From an uncultured Acidobacteriota bacterium (GTDB taxonomy: Bacteria; Acidobacteriota; Thermoanaerobaculia; Gp7-AA8): 64,000 bases of DNA. The translations under genes were made by a program, and so were the position numbers. The notes under the pieces are model-generated. The model saw only the letters and a list, made by a program, of their open reading frames with translations, did no database searches and was not told the origin of the DNA. The number at the start of each line of letters is the position of its first letter. Position 1 is the stretch's first letter. The stretch spans positions 640,001-704,000 of the forward strand of contig CAWGHO010000001.1 in assembly GCA_963822445.1 (NCBI GenBank), in the 5' to 3' direction. Shown here piece after piece: positions 12,254 through 22,408 of this stretch.

Positions 12254-13153
12254 GTGCAGTTCCGAGACGCGGCGACCGCATTCATCCTCCACTGTGAATC
12301 GATCCGGAAGCTCTCGCCCCACACCATCCGCGCCTACGAGCTGGACCTCGCGCGTTTCTCCCACTTCCTAGGCAAGCGCGCAGCCGTCGTGGCCTGCGAC
12401 AAGACGAAGATCCACGACTACGTCCGCCATCTCTTCGACGCACGGGAGCTGAAGGAATCGAGCGTGAAGCGCCATCTGGCCACGCTCCGCTCGCTGTTCC
12501 GCTGGCTGGAGGAAGATGGCCATGGCATCGAAGACCCGTTCCGCGGCGCCAGGATCCGGATCCGCATGCCGAAGCGCCTTCCCCGAGTCATTGCCCGATC
12601 CGACCTCCGCCGCCTCCTCCTTCACGACCGCCCCCACACCTTCGCCGACCTCACCGCGTACGTCGCCACGGAGCTGCTCTTCGCCACCGGCATGCGTGTG
12701 AGCGAGCTGGCCACGTTGATCGACGCAGCGGTGGATGTGGATGACGGGACGATCACGATCATCGGCAAGGGCAACCGCCAGCGGCGGGTCTTCGTCCCCG
12801 ACGAGCTGAAGTCGCTCCTCCGCGATTACCGCATCGCCCGCGACCGGGCCTGCACATCCGCCGACACGTTCCTCGTCAACTCGCGTGGCGAGGCAGCGTC
12901 GCCGCAGATGATCCGCCGCCTAGTGCGCCTGCACGGCGAGCGAAGCTCGGTCCGCGACCGCGTCACCCCGCACATGTTCCGGCACTCCGTGGCGACGTAC
13001 CTGCTGGAGGAAGGCGTGGACATCCGCTACGTCCAACGCCTCCTCGGCCATCGCAGCATCTCCACGACCGAGATCTACACGCACGTTGCCGATGCGGCGT
13101 TGAAGGTGAAGGTTACGGAGAGGCATCCGCGGAGGGGGATTGTGGCGAGGTAG
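12254..13153 (+). CDS. Tyrosine recombinase, XerC/XerD-like
   Basis: N-terminal SAM-like LSPHTIRAY; catalytic motifs TGMRVSEL, GKGNRQR, HMFRHS and LLGHRSISTTEIY; GGGAGG RBS before GTG. Confidence 0.9.
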   Translation: MQFRDAATAFILHCESIRKLSPHTIRAYELDLARFSHFLGKRAAVVACDKTKIHDYVRHLFDARELKESSVKRHLATLRSLFRWLEEDGHGIEDPFRGARIRIRMPKRLPRVIARSDLRRLLLHDRPHTFADLTAYVATELLFATGMRVSELATLIDAAVDVDDGTITIIGKGNRQRRVFVPDELKSLLRDYRIARDRACTSADTFLVNSRGEAASPQMIRRLVRLHGERSSVRDRVTPHMFRHSVATYLLEEGVDIRYVQRLLGHRSISTTEIYTHVADAALKVKVTERHPRRGIVAR

Positions 13154-13202
13154 GTGAGAAAACTCACACCGCCGCTTCCCCGCCCCACCCCATACTCCCC
13201 CG

Positions 13203-15026
13203 ATGCCGTATCGCCTGCTTTCTCTCTCTTTATTGCTCGTTCTCGCGTTCAACTCCATCGCCGCCACACGCGGCGGACCGATTCCCGTGCCGCTGCCGCT
13301 GTTTCCGCAGAACAACTGGTGGAACATCGACGTCTCCAATGCGCCGACGGTCGCCAGCCCCAACTACAACGCCCTCGGCGGCACCAATCAACAGTTGCAT
13401 CCCGACTTCGGCGGCGACGCCGGCGGCGGCTACGTCTACGGCATCCCCTTCGTTCAGGTCGACGGCTCCCAGCCGAAGCTCGAGGTCGATTTCGTGGAGT
13501 CCCCCGAAGAGAGCGACGGCGTTGGTCAGGCCTTCTACCCAGTGCCCGCTGAAGCGATCACCATGAACGGCTGGATCGAGGGGGGCCTCCCCGGGAACAT
13601 CGACGACCGCGACGAGGGCGATCGCCATCTGATCATCGTCGACACCACCAACAACGATCTCTACGAGCTGTATGACGTCTTCTACAACGGCACGAACTGG
13701 GAAGCGGGATCGGGCGCGTTCTTCGACATGGACACGAACAACCGGCGCCCCGAGACCTGGACGTCAGCGGATGCAGCGGGCTTGGCCATCCTGCCCGGGC
13801 TCGTGCGCTACGACGAGGTGTACGGGCCCGATGAGATCCGCCACGCCTTCCGCTTCACGACCAATGGGAGCAATGGCCACGTCTTCCCCGCGTCGCATAC
13901 CGCGGGCTCGAACCCGGACCGCTTCCCGATGGGGACGCGGCTACGGCTCAAGGCCTCCAAAGACATCTCCGGCTACCCGGCGGAGATGCAGAAGATTTTC
14001 AGGGCCATGAAGAAATACGGCCTGATCCTCGCCGACAACGGCACTCACATGTACATCACCGGTGAATACGATCCGCGTTGGGACAACGACATCCTCAACC
14101 CGGCGTTCCATTCGCTGAAGGCCGGAGACTTCGAAGTAATCCAGCTCGGCTGGCATCCGACGGTCTCGCTCGTCCTGACCCTGCCGCAGAACATGGGCGC
14201 GGGCGACGCCGCCACGGCAACGCTCACCGCGTACGGCTCCGACTTCAACGTCGCCACGGGCTACACCGGCACGGTTCACTTCACGAGCACCGACGGCTCG
14301 GCGACGCTGCCGCTCGATTACACCTTCACGCCCGGCGACAACGGGACGCACACCTTCCCCGCCGGTTTCATCCTGCGCACGGCCGGCAGCCAGATCGTGA
14401 CCGTGACCGACAACGCCAACCCGACCATCACCGGCACCGACGGCGTGACCGTCGGTCCGCCCACGCCAACCGGACTTGCGGCGAATGCCGTCTCGACGAC
14501 GCAGGTCAATCTGTCGTGGAGCCCTTCGACCGGCGCGACGCAGTATGAGATCTCCCGCGCTTCCGCGACTTCGGCCTACGCGCCGCTGACCATGACGGCG
14601 TCCACGACGTTCTCCGACACGACCGCAACCGCCGGCGCTACGTTCGTCTACAAGGTTCGCGCGCTCGACGCGTCCTCACGACCGTCGCCGTTCAGCGCAC
14701 CCGATGCCGCGACCACGATTCTCTTCACCGAGGATCCGGTCGTAGCCGCAACGACCACCGTCAAAGCCGTTCATCTGACCGAGCTCCGCACCGCCGCGAA
14801 CGCCATGCGCGCCGCCGCCGGCCTCGGCGCCGCCGCGTTCATCGACCCGAGCCTGAGCGGCATCGCCATCAAAGCAGTTCATCTTCAGGAACTGCGCACG
14901 GCGATCGAGGCGGCACGCGCGTCCCTCGGACTGACGGCGAGCACGTTCACCGACCCGACGTTGACCGCCGGCTCGACGATCGTGAAAGCGGCTCACGTCC
15001 AGGAGCTGCGCACCGCCGTGAAGTAG
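13203..15026 (+). CDS. Secreted protein with Ig/FN3 domains and a triple KAxHxxELRTA C-terminal repeat
   Basis: Signal peptide; conserved-looking core WTSADAAGLAILPGLVRYDEV...IRHAFRFT; FN3 segment PTGLAANAVSTTQVNLSW. Confidence 0.75.
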   Translation: MPYRLLSLSLLLVLAFNSIAATRGGPIPVPLPLFPQNNWWNIDVSNAPTVASPNYNALGGTNQQLHPDFGGDAGGGYVYGIPFVQVDGSQPKLEVDFVESPEESDGVGQAFYPVPAEAITMNGWIEGGLPGNIDDRDEGDRHLIIVDTTNNDLYELYDVFYNGTNWEAGSGAFFDMDTNNRRPETWTSADAAGLAILPGLVRYDEVYGPDEIRHAFRFTTNGSNGHVFPASHTAGSNPDRFPMGTRLRLKASKDISGYPAEMQKIFRAMKKYGLILADNGTHMYITGEYDPRWDNDILNPAFHSLKAGDFEVIQLGWHPTVSLVLTLPQNMGAGDAATATLTAYGSDFNVATGYTGTVHFTSTDGSATLPLDYTFTPGDNGTHTFPAGFILRTAGSQIVTVTDNANPTITGTDGVTVGPPTPTGLAANAVSTTQVNLSWSPSTGATQYEISRASATSAYAPLTMTASTTFSDTTATAGATFVYKVRALDASSRPSPFSAPDAATTILFTEDPVVAATTTVKAVHLTELRTAANAMRAAAGLGAAAFIDPSLSGIAIKAVHLQELRTAIEAARASLGLTASTFTDPTLTAGSTIVKAAHVQELRTAVK

Positions 15027-15035
15027 CCTTACCGG

Positions 15036-16070
15036 ATGATCTTCCGCGTACTCACTTTCGCTGCGCTCCTCCTCGCCGGTGTACCGGCGGCATTTGCGTC
15101 GCCGGCACGGCAACAGTTACCCGTTCTCGACATGCACCTGCACGCGGAGCCAATCGAGACTTACGGTCCGCCGCCGGTCGGGATCTGCGCGCCGTACACG
15201 ACCTGGCCGAGGTACGACCCCTCCGAGGCGGAAGGCGCCTACGCGATGCGCTTCGTCAAAGGGCCTCCCTGCGAGAAGCCGCTCTGGTCGCCGACGACCG
15301 ATGACGCATTCATGAAGGACACCCTCGCCGCACTCGAACGTCGAAACGTATGGGCCGTGACGAGCGGCAAACTCGACGTCGTCACGCGCTGGCGCCGGAG
15401 CTCGAACCGCATCATCCCCGCCCTCGGCTTCTCCATCCCCGAGGCGGACGAGACGATGAGTGTCGAGGCCGTGCGGGAGCTGATCAGAACGAAACGGATC
15501 TCGGTCTTTGGTGAAGTCACGAACCAGTACTTCGGCATCGCTCCCGACGATCCCCGCTTCGAGTCCTATCTGGCGCTGCTCGAAGAACTGGATGTTCCGC
15601 TCGCGATCCACGTCGGTCCCGGCCCTCCCGGTTCCCCTCTCCTCGCGCCGGTTTTTCGGAATTACACCGCGGCCGCGCACGACCCGCGCACGCTCGAGCC
15701 CATCCTGCGGAAGCATCCCCGCCTGCGCGTCTACGCGATGCACGCCGGCTGGCCGATGATCGACGAGATGATCGCCATGCTCTACGTGTACCCGCAGCTC
15801 TACGTCGACGTGGCCATCCTCGCGTACGCCTTCCCGCCGGCCGAGTTCTATCGCTATATCGACCGCCTGGTGACCGCGGGCTTCGGGAAACGGATCATGT
15901 ACGGCTCGGATCAGATGGTCTGGCCGCAGGCGATCGAGATCTCGATCCGCCGGATCGAGGACGCGCCCACGCTGACCTCCGAGCAGAAGCGGGACATCCT
16001 GTACAACAACGCCGCGCGTTTCCTGCGGCTTTCGCAAGAGGAGATCGCGCGCCATCACGGAAGCGATTGA
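15036..16070 (+). CDS. Amidohydrolase family protein (Amidohydro_2-like), secreted
   Basis: DMHLH metal motif, AIHVG, MHAGWP and RIMYGSDQMVWP. Confidence 0.85.
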   Translation: MIFRVLTFAALLLAGVPAAFASPARQQLPVLDMHLHAEPIETYGPPPVGICAPYTTWPRYDPSEAEGAYAMRFVKGPPCEKPLWSPTTDDAFMKDTLAALERRNVWAVTSGKLDVVTRWRRSSNRIIPALGFSIPEADETMSVEAVRELIRTKRISVFGEVTNQYFGIAPDDPRFESYLALLEELDVPLAIHVGPGPPGSPLLAPVFRNYTAAAHDPRTLEPILRKHPRLRVYAMHAGWPMIDEMIAMLYVYPQLYVDVAILAYAFPPAEFYRYIDRLVTAGFGKRIMYGSDQMVWPQAIEISIRRIEDAPTLTSEQKRDILYNNAARFLRLSQEEIARHHGSD

Positions 16071-16096
16071 TGCCTCCTGTGCTATGAAGCGCGGTC

Positions 16097-17875
16097 ATGC
16101 AACTGACGGCGCTGCTCATCTCCGCCACGCTCTCCGCGCAGACCGCGATCCTGCCTCCCGCGCCTGAATACAAAGGCGCGAGCCGCGCGTTGATCGTCCC
16201 CGCCGGCGATCCCTGGATCACGCCCGCCGAGACGACGCAGCTCAAGACCACACCGCGATACGACGAGACCGTCGCCTATCTGCGCAAGCTCGTCGCCGCC
16301 GCGCCGCAGTTGCGGATGGTCTCCATCGGCAAGAGTGAGGAAGGCCGCGATCTCTGGATGGTCATCGCCTCGAAAGAGCGCGCCTTCACGCCTGACGCGC
16401 TGCGGCGCACGGGAAAACCGATCCTGTTCGCCCAGGCAGGCATTCACGCCGGCGAGATCGACGGCAAGGACGCGGGACTGATGCTCCTGCGCGACATGAC
16501 CGTCCGCGGCACGAAGCGCGAGCTGCTCGACGGCGCGAACTTTCTCTTCGTCCCCATCTACAACGCCGACGGTCACGAGCGCTTCACCCGCTTCACGCGC
16601 ATCAATCAACGCGGCCCCGAGGAAGGCGGCTGGCGGACCAGCGCGCGCAATCTCAATCTCAACCGGGACTACGTGAAGGCGGATCTGTCGGAAACGCGGG
16701 CGATGATCCGCGCGCTGCGCGAGTGGCAACCCGACGTGTACGTCGACCTGCACGTCACCGACGGCGCGGACTATCAATACGACGTCACCTACGGATGGAA
16801 CTCTCGCGCGGGATGGTCGCCGGCCATCGCCGAATGGCTCGATACGACGTTCCGCGCGCCCGTCGATCGAGGACTGGCCGAAGCGGGACACATTCCGGGG
16901 CCGCTCATCTTCACCGACGATCCGCTGGTCAGCGGGATCAGTAACGGTCAATCCGATCCGCGCCTGTCGAACGGGTACGGCGACGCGCGTCATCTGCCGA
17001 CCGTCCTCGTCGAAAACCACTCCCTCAAGCCCTACGACCAGCGCGTCCTCGGCATGTACGTCTTCCTCGAGCACACGCTGCGCACGCTCGCGCGCAATGC
17101 CGCATCGTTGCGTCAGGCCGTCGCAGCCGATCGCGCGCGACGCGCGGCCACCGTGCCGCTGGCCTGGGGCGTCGGTGCAGGACAAACCGCGACGATCGAG
17201 CTCAAAGGAATCGAGGTGCGCCGCGCTCTCTCGCCGATCAGTGGCGATGTGCGCCTGGAGTGGACCGGCAAACCGGTGACCGCACGCGCGCCGTATCGCG
17301 AAGCGAATGAAGTCACTGTCAGCGCTGCGCGCCCCGTTGCCTACTGGATTCCCGCGGCATGGAGCAACGTCATCTCGATGCTCGATCTGCACGGCGTTCA
17401 GTACGAGCGCACCACCTCACCGCGCGAAGTCGACGTGACCATGGACCGCTTCTCCGACCCGAAGTTCGGTCCGCTGCAATTCGAAGGACACGTGCGCGTC
17501 ACCGCCACCGCGAAGCCGGAGAGCCGTCGCGAGCGTTTCCCGGCCGGATCCGTGCGCGTGCCGACCGACCAGCCCCTGGGCACACTCGCCGTGATCATGC
17601 TCGAGCCGGCGTCGCCCGATTCGCTGTTCCAGTGGGGCTGGTTCCACTCCATCCTCAGCCCGACCGAATACGTCGAGGGCTACATCATGGAACCGATGGC
17701 CGAGCGGATGCTGGCCGAGGATCCGAAGCTCGCCGAGGAGTTCCGGAAGAAGGTGGAAAGCGACGCGGAGTTCCGCGGCAGCAGCCGGGCGCGATTGCAG
17801 TGGCTGTATCAGCGCACGCCGTTTTACGACGAGCGGGCCAGGTTGTATCCGGTGGGACGCGAGCTCGCGCGCTAA
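16097..17875 (+). CDS. M14 family zinc carboxypeptidase
   Basis: IGKSEEGR, GIHAGEIDG (HxxE), NADGHER, NLNRD and DLHVT. Confidence 0.88.
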   Translation: MQLTALLISATLSAQTAILPPAPEYKGASRALIVPAGDPWITPAETTQLKTTPRYDETVAYLRKLVAAAPQLRMVSIGKSEEGRDLWMVIASKERAFTPDALRRTGKPILFAQAGIHAGEIDGKDAGLMLLRDMTVRGTKRELLDGANFLFVPIYNADGHERFTRFTRINQRGPEEGGWRTSARNLNLNRDYVKADLSETRAMIRALREWQPDVYVDLHVTDGADYQYDVTYGWNSRAGWSPAIAEWLDTTFRAPVDRGLAEAGHIPGPLIFTDDPLVSGISNGQSDPRLSNGYGDARHLPTVLVENHSLKPYDQRVLGMYVFLEHTLRTLARNAASLRQAVAADRARRAATVPLAWGVGAGQTATIELKGIEVRRALSPISGDVRLEWTGKPVTARAPYREANEVTVSAARPVAYWIPAAWSNVISMLDLHGVQYERTTSPREVDVTMDRFSDPKFGPLQFEGHVRVTATAKPESRRERFPAGSVRVPTDQPLGTLAVIMLEPASPDSLFQWGWFHSILSPTEYVEGYIMEPMAERMLAEDPKLAEEFRKKVESDAEFRGSSRARLQWLYQRTPFYDERARLYPVGRELAR

Positions 17876-17907
17876 AGCAGGCAGAGCTGTTGCAGAATGC
17901 GCGACTC

Positions 17908-19092
17908 ATGACCAAAAGCACCCTCGTTGTTCTTCTGCTCGCGGCCACAACCACCTTCGCGCAGGGCACCGACCCCCTCCGCAACGTCTCCGGCACCACC
18001 TCCAACCCCGGCGAGGTGCAGCCGTGGGTCACCAGCGACTCCGGCGGCTGGACGTTCTTCCACGGACTGACCGCGCACGTCACGCACGTGAACGAGAGCG
18101 GGCCGGTAGAGCCGCGCAACGAATTCTTCTCGACGAACTGGTTCGCGGGCGGCCTGCACCGCAACTTCGGCGATCGCGGCTTCGCTCTTGTCCGCGGCCG
18201 CATCTCCCTGGAGCCGTACACGATTGCCGACAACGAAGGCTATCCGCAGATGCTTCAGTACGTTTCCGCGGAGGCCGGCGGCGATCCGTTGATCGACCGG
18301 ATGCGGCCGCACGATCTCATCGGCGAGGCCGCGCTGCATGTCGGATGGCGCCCGAGCACATCCACGCTCCTTCATCTGTACGTCGGCGCCGTCGGCGACC
18401 CGGCTTTCGGGCCCGCTCCGTTTGCGTTGCGATCGTCAGGAGCCGATCTGCCCGAGGCGCCTTTCGCTTACGAGCTGCAGGAGACGGTTCATGACTCCAC
18501 GAGCGTCGTAACGGCGGGCTTCAACTCGAAATGGATCAGCGTCGAGGCCAGCGTGTTTCATGACGCGGTCACGTTCGGCGATCACACGGAGATCGACAGC
18601 GGCGGCATCGATTCGAATTCGATCCGGGTGACGTTCAATCCGGTCCGCAACTTCTCCGTGCAGGTCTCCCGAGCCGACCTCGGCGAAGAAGCCAGTGAGC
18701 GCGAGATCACCAACGCCTCGGTCTCCTTCGGCAATGAAAACGTGGCCGTCACCGCGCTCTGGACGCGCCGCGATGACATCTTCCGCGTCGTCGAGCAGAC
18801 CGGTTATGGATTCGAGATCGCACTGCGCGGCGACCGCAACACCTTCACCGGCCGCGCGGAATGGGTCGATCGCCCGCTCGGCTTTCCCGACTCCACGAAT
18901 GCCACCGCCACGGAGCAGACCACGCACTTCGCCGTCGGCTACATCTTCGACTTCCTCCGCAGCCCGCGCCTCCGCGCCGGCGCCGGCGTCGCCGCCGACT
19001 ACCACACCCAATCACACGAGCTGCCCACGCGCTACGGCCACAAACCGCAGGCGATCTTCGCGTTCGTGAGGGTGAGGAGCGGGAGGATGTAA
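17908..19092 (+). CDS. Putative outer-membrane beta-barrel protein
   Basis: Signal peptide MTKSTLVVLLLAATTTFAQ; alternating amphipathic strands ending IFAFVRVR; start is in frame with ORF 17359..19092. Confidence 0.6.
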   Translation: MTKSTLVVLLLAATTTFAQGTDPLRNVSGTTSNPGEVQPWVTSDSGGWTFFHGLTAHVTHVNESGPVEPRNEFFSTNWFAGGLHRNFGDRGFALVRGRISLEPYTIADNEGYPQMLQYVSAEAGGDPLIDRMRPHDLIGEAALHVGWRPSTSTLLHLYVGAVGDPAFGPAPFALRSSGADLPEAPFAYELQETVHDSTSVVTAGFNSKWISVEASVFHDAVTFGDHTEIDSGGIDSNSIRVTFNPVRNFSVQVSRADLGEEASEREITNASVSFGNENVAVTALWTRRDDIFRVVEQTGYGFEIALRGDRNTFTGRAEWVDRPLGFPDSTNATATEQTTHFAVGYIFDFLRSPRLRAGAGVAADYHTQSHELPTRYGHKPQAIFAFVRVRSGRM

Positions 19093-19093
19093 C

Positions 19094-19185
19094 GTTTCGA
19101 GGTTTCGGGGTTACGAGGTTACGGGGTTATGAAGAGGTGTCTTCCGCAACTACCTCGTAACCCCGCAACCCAGTAACCTCGTAAC
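19094..19185. repeat. Inverted pair of octamer tandem arrays (GTTACGAG/GTTACGGG ... CCTCGTAA), copy 1
   Basis: Left arm gtttcgag gtttcggg gttacgag gttacggg gttatgaa; right arm cctcgtaa ccccgcaa cccagtaa cctcgtaac; fills the gap between convergent stop codons. Confidence 0.85.
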
Positions 19186-19866
19186 TACTCTCCCAGCTTC
19201 TGCTTCAACTCCATGAGCGCGTCACTCAACGAAGCCACCTGCTCTTCGAGCCGCGACACCCGCGCGGAGAGCGGTTCGCCGGTGCGGACTTCCGGCTCAG
19301 GCGCTGTTGGCGCGGCGTTTTCGACGATCGCGCCGCCGACTGTATGCGCCCAGCGCTCTTCCTTCTGACCGGGACGCCGCGGGAGCTGGCGCACGAGCGG
19401 CTCGCTGTGCGCGGCCATGTCGCGCAAGGCGTCTTCCGACTTCGGCGACGCTCTCGAATGAATGGAGGCGATCGCTGCGGCCGCGCATCTCGCCGGCGGT
19501 TTGCGGTCCGCGGAGGAACAGCAACGTGAGCAGCGCTTTCTCCGGCCGTTTGAGATGCCACACCGCGTCGAGGTTGTGATCGAAGCGCACCGCGCGGCCG
19601 CCCATTACCCGCCACACCATCTTCTCGTCCTGCAGGCGATCGAGGGCGCGCTGAATCTCATCCTCGGCCAGCTCCATCACCGGCTCGCGATTCGACTTCT
19701 GATTCGCCGCGGCCACCAGCGCGTTCAGCGTCAGCGGGTAGTACTCCGGCGTGGAGAGCTGCTTTTCCATGAGCGATCCGAGGACGCGGATCTCGACCGG
19801 ATCGAGAGTGCGGGGGACGCGCGGGCGCTGCTTCGAATCGGTGTCGAGGGTGGGGATGAACGTCAT
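19185..19866 (-). CDS. yceH: YceH/UPF0502 (DUF480) family protein, one frameshift near 19437
   Basis: EIRVLGSLMEKQLSTPEYYPLTLNALVAAANQKSNREPVM, LLFLRGPQTAGE and PGQKEERWAH; removing one G restores SVAEVEDALRDM. Confidence 0.85.
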
Positions 19867-21020
19867 GCCGCGGATTCTAACTGCACCGCGAAAACAGGCT
19901 CGCGGGCCACGCGGGCCTGGCCGAAGTAGTTGTCCGCGCGCAACGCCACCTTGCGGGCCAGGGCCATGAAGGTGGTCATCTTTCCGCCGAAGACGTTGAT
20001 CAGATTTCCACGGCGGACGACGCGGAAGTCGCGGCCGATCGCGGACGGATTCGACGCTCTGCCGACCAGCGGCCGCACTCCGGCGAACGTGCCGGCGACC
20101 TCGCCGCGCGAGATGGGCTCCTTCATGTAGCGGTTGAAGCGCGCGAGCAGATATTCGATCTCCTCCTCGCTCGCATGCACGCCGTCGAGCGGCTCCTTCT
20201 GCACGACCTCGGTCGTCCCCACCAGCGTCGTCCCTTTCCATGGCAGAACGAAGAAAACGCGACGGTCGGAGGTCGACTGCAGCAACAGGCCCGCCTCGCT
20301 GATCCGCCGCGTCAGCACGAGATGCGATCCGCGAACGAGGGAGAGGACGTACGAGGCTTTGATCGCGTTCGCGGCGAGGAGCTCGGTCATCCACGGCCCG
20401 GCCGCGTTGACGACGAGGTCAAATCGCGTCTCGTCGCCATGCTCGGTCCTGACGATCCAGTCCTCGCCGTCGCGGCGCAGGTACTCGACTTTTGTACGCT
20501 CGCGCACAGTCGCTCCGTCGCGGATGGCCGAGGCGATGACGGTGCGGGTCAGGGCGAAGTCGTCGACCTGTGCGTCCCAGTACGAGAAGCCGCCGCGCAG
20601 CCCTTCGGTCTTCAGCGGCGCGAGCTGGGCGAGTTCTTGCAAATTCAGAGAACGATGCCGAGCGATGTTTGCGCGTCCCGCAAGCGAGTCGTAGAGCAGC
20701 AGGCCGGCTTTGATCGCCGCTCGGCTGCGAGGACTGTCGGCGTAAACCGGCAGCAGGATCTCGATCGGCTTGACCAGCTTCGGGAGATGTTCGAGCAGCC
20801 AGTCACGCTCGCGCAGCGACTCCCGGACGAGCGTGAGATGCATGCGCTCGAGATAGCGCAGCCCGCCGTGGATCATTTTCGTGGTCGCCGAGGAGGTCTG
20901 CGCGCCGCAGATTCCTTTGTCGAAGAGGACGACCTCGTATCCGCGCCGCACCAGCTCCCACGCGCAGCCCGCTCCGTTGATGCCCCCGCCGACGACGGCG
21001 ATCCGGTTTTTTGTAGTCAT
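19863..21020 (-). CDS. glpD: FAD-dependent glycerol-3-phosphate dehydrogenase
   Basis: VVGGGINGAG, TSSATTKMIHGGLRYLE, VNAAGPW, RGSHLV, GVRPL and GGKMTT. Confidence 0.88.
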   Translation of the reverse strand: MTTKNRIAVVGGGINGAGCAWELVRRGYEVVLFDKGICGAQTSSATTKMIHGGLRYLERMHLTLVRESLRERDWLLEHLPKLVKPIEILLPVYADSPRSRAAIKAGLLLYDSLAGRANIARHRSLNLQELAQLAPLKTEGLRGGFSYWDAQVDDFALTRTVIASAIRDGATVRERTKVEYLRRDGEDWIVRTEHGDETRFDLVVNAAGPWMTELLAANAIKASYVLSLVRGSHLVLTRRISEAGLLLQSTSDRRVFFVLPWKGTTLVGTTEVVQKEPLDGVHASEEEIEYLLARFNRYMKEPISRGEVAGTFAGVRPLVGRASNPSAIGRDFRVVRRGNLINVFGGKMTTFMALARKVALRADNYFGQARVAREPVFAVQLESAA

Positions 21021-21088
21021 TGCGCTTGTGATTTCAGTCACAGGTGGCAGGCGCTGCCTTGGCAAATCGCGTGCAATTACTCATCCAT

Positions 21089-22297
21089 ATGACGAGCTTA
21101 CCGTCACCGTTTACGCCACGAATCGTGGCAGATGAGGAGCCCGGAGGCGACCTGGCGGTCATGCTCACCGGGGGTGGCGCGCGCGCCGCGTACCAGGTCG
21201 GGCTGATCAAAGGGATCGCCCGGCACTTCCCCCGCCTCCGCTTTCAGATCGTGACCGGCGTGTCCGCAGGCGCGATCAACGCCGTCTACCTGGCCGCGAA
21301 ACATGGAACCCTCGGCCAGAAAGCGGAACAGCTCGATCGGATGTGGTGCGAGCTCAGTTGCGACTCGATCTACGAGTTCCAGTGGAAAGCGTTCCTGCCT
21401 TTCCGCTCGGCGCTGGCTTCCATTTCCCCGCGAAGAAACCGCTGGGCCGCGTCGAAACCGCATGCGCTCGTCGACACGACTCCCCTGCGCGATCTGCTCT
21501 GCCGGATTCTCAATGTTCCGCCCGGACGGCCGGTGCCGGGAATCGAGGAAAACATCCGCTCCGGCGACCTCACCGCGCTCGCGCTCATGACCATCGACTA
21601 CTCGACCGGCCAGACCGTTCGCTGGGTTCAGGGCCGCAATTTCGATGCGCACGAAGCGCCGAACCGTCGCACGGCCGCGACGAAGTTCACGATCGAGCAC
21701 GTGCTTGCCTCGGCCGCACTTCCCTTTGTTTTTCCAGCGGTGAACATCAACGGCGAATGGCATGGTGACGGCGGCATCCGCCTGGCCGCGCCGCTTTCGT
21801 CCGCGGTACACCTGGGCGCGCGGCGCATCATCGCCATGTCCACCGGCTATCAACCCACGGCGGAGGAAGCAGCAACCCGCGAGATTTCGGGTTATCCGCC
21901 GGCGGCGCAGATCCTCAATCAGCTCGTGAACGCGATCTTCCTCGATGCCATCGACGAGGACGTCATTCGCATGGAGCGGATGAACGAGATGATCCGCAAG
22001 CTCCACCCCGAGGAGCGCGACGGGCTTAAGCCGATCGACCTGCTCGTGCTGCGGCCCTCGGTAGACCTCGGCAAGCTGGCCGGCGATTACGAGCACCTCC
22101 TCCCGAGGAAGATCAAGCTGCTGGTCCGCTCCCTCGGCGCGAAGGAAACGGAATCGCCCGACTTCATCTCCCTGCTCATGTTCGAGCCGGAGTACACCCG
22201 CCGGATCATCGAGATCGGCCAGGCCGACGTCGAGGCGCGCCTTCCCGAGATCCGCGAGTTTCTCGGTGAGGAGCGGATGCTGGCCGAGGCGAGGTAG
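21089..22297 (+). CDS. Patatin-like phospholipase
   Basis: LTGGGARAAYQVG, GVSAG (GxSxG) and DGG motifs. Confidence 0.9.
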   Translation: MTSLPSPFTPRIVADEEPGGDLAVMLTGGGARAAYQVGLIKGIARHFPRLRFQIVTGVSAGAINAVYLAAKHGTLGQKAEQLDRMWCELSCDSIYEFQWKAFLPFRSALASISPRRNRWAASKPHALVDTTPLRDLLCRILNVPPGRPVPGIEENIRSGDLTALALMTIDYSTGQTVRWVQGRNFDAHEAPNRRTAATKFTIEHVLASAALPFVFPAVNINGEWHGDGGIRLAAPLSSAVHLGARRIIAMSTGYQPTAEEAATREISGYPPAAQILNQLVNAIFLDAIDEDVIRMERMNEMIRKLHPEERDGLKPIDLLVLRPSVDLGKLAGDYEHLLPRKIKLLVRSLGAKETESPDFISLLMFEPEYTRRIIEIGQADVEARLPEIREFLGEERMLAEAR

Positions 22298-22380
22298 TTA
22301 CGGGGTTACGAGGTTTCGTGGTTCCGAGGTGGCTGCTCAACGGACAACCCCGCAACTTCGTAACCCCGTAACCTCGTAAC
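22297..22380. repeat. Inverted pair of octamer tandem arrays, copy 2
   Basis: gttacggg gttacgag gtttcgtg gttccgag ... caaccccg caacttcg taaccccg taacctcg taac; starts at the last base of the patatin stop codon. Confidence 0.85.
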
Positions 22381-22408
22381 ACGCCATGCCATAATCCCCC
22401 GACCGAAA

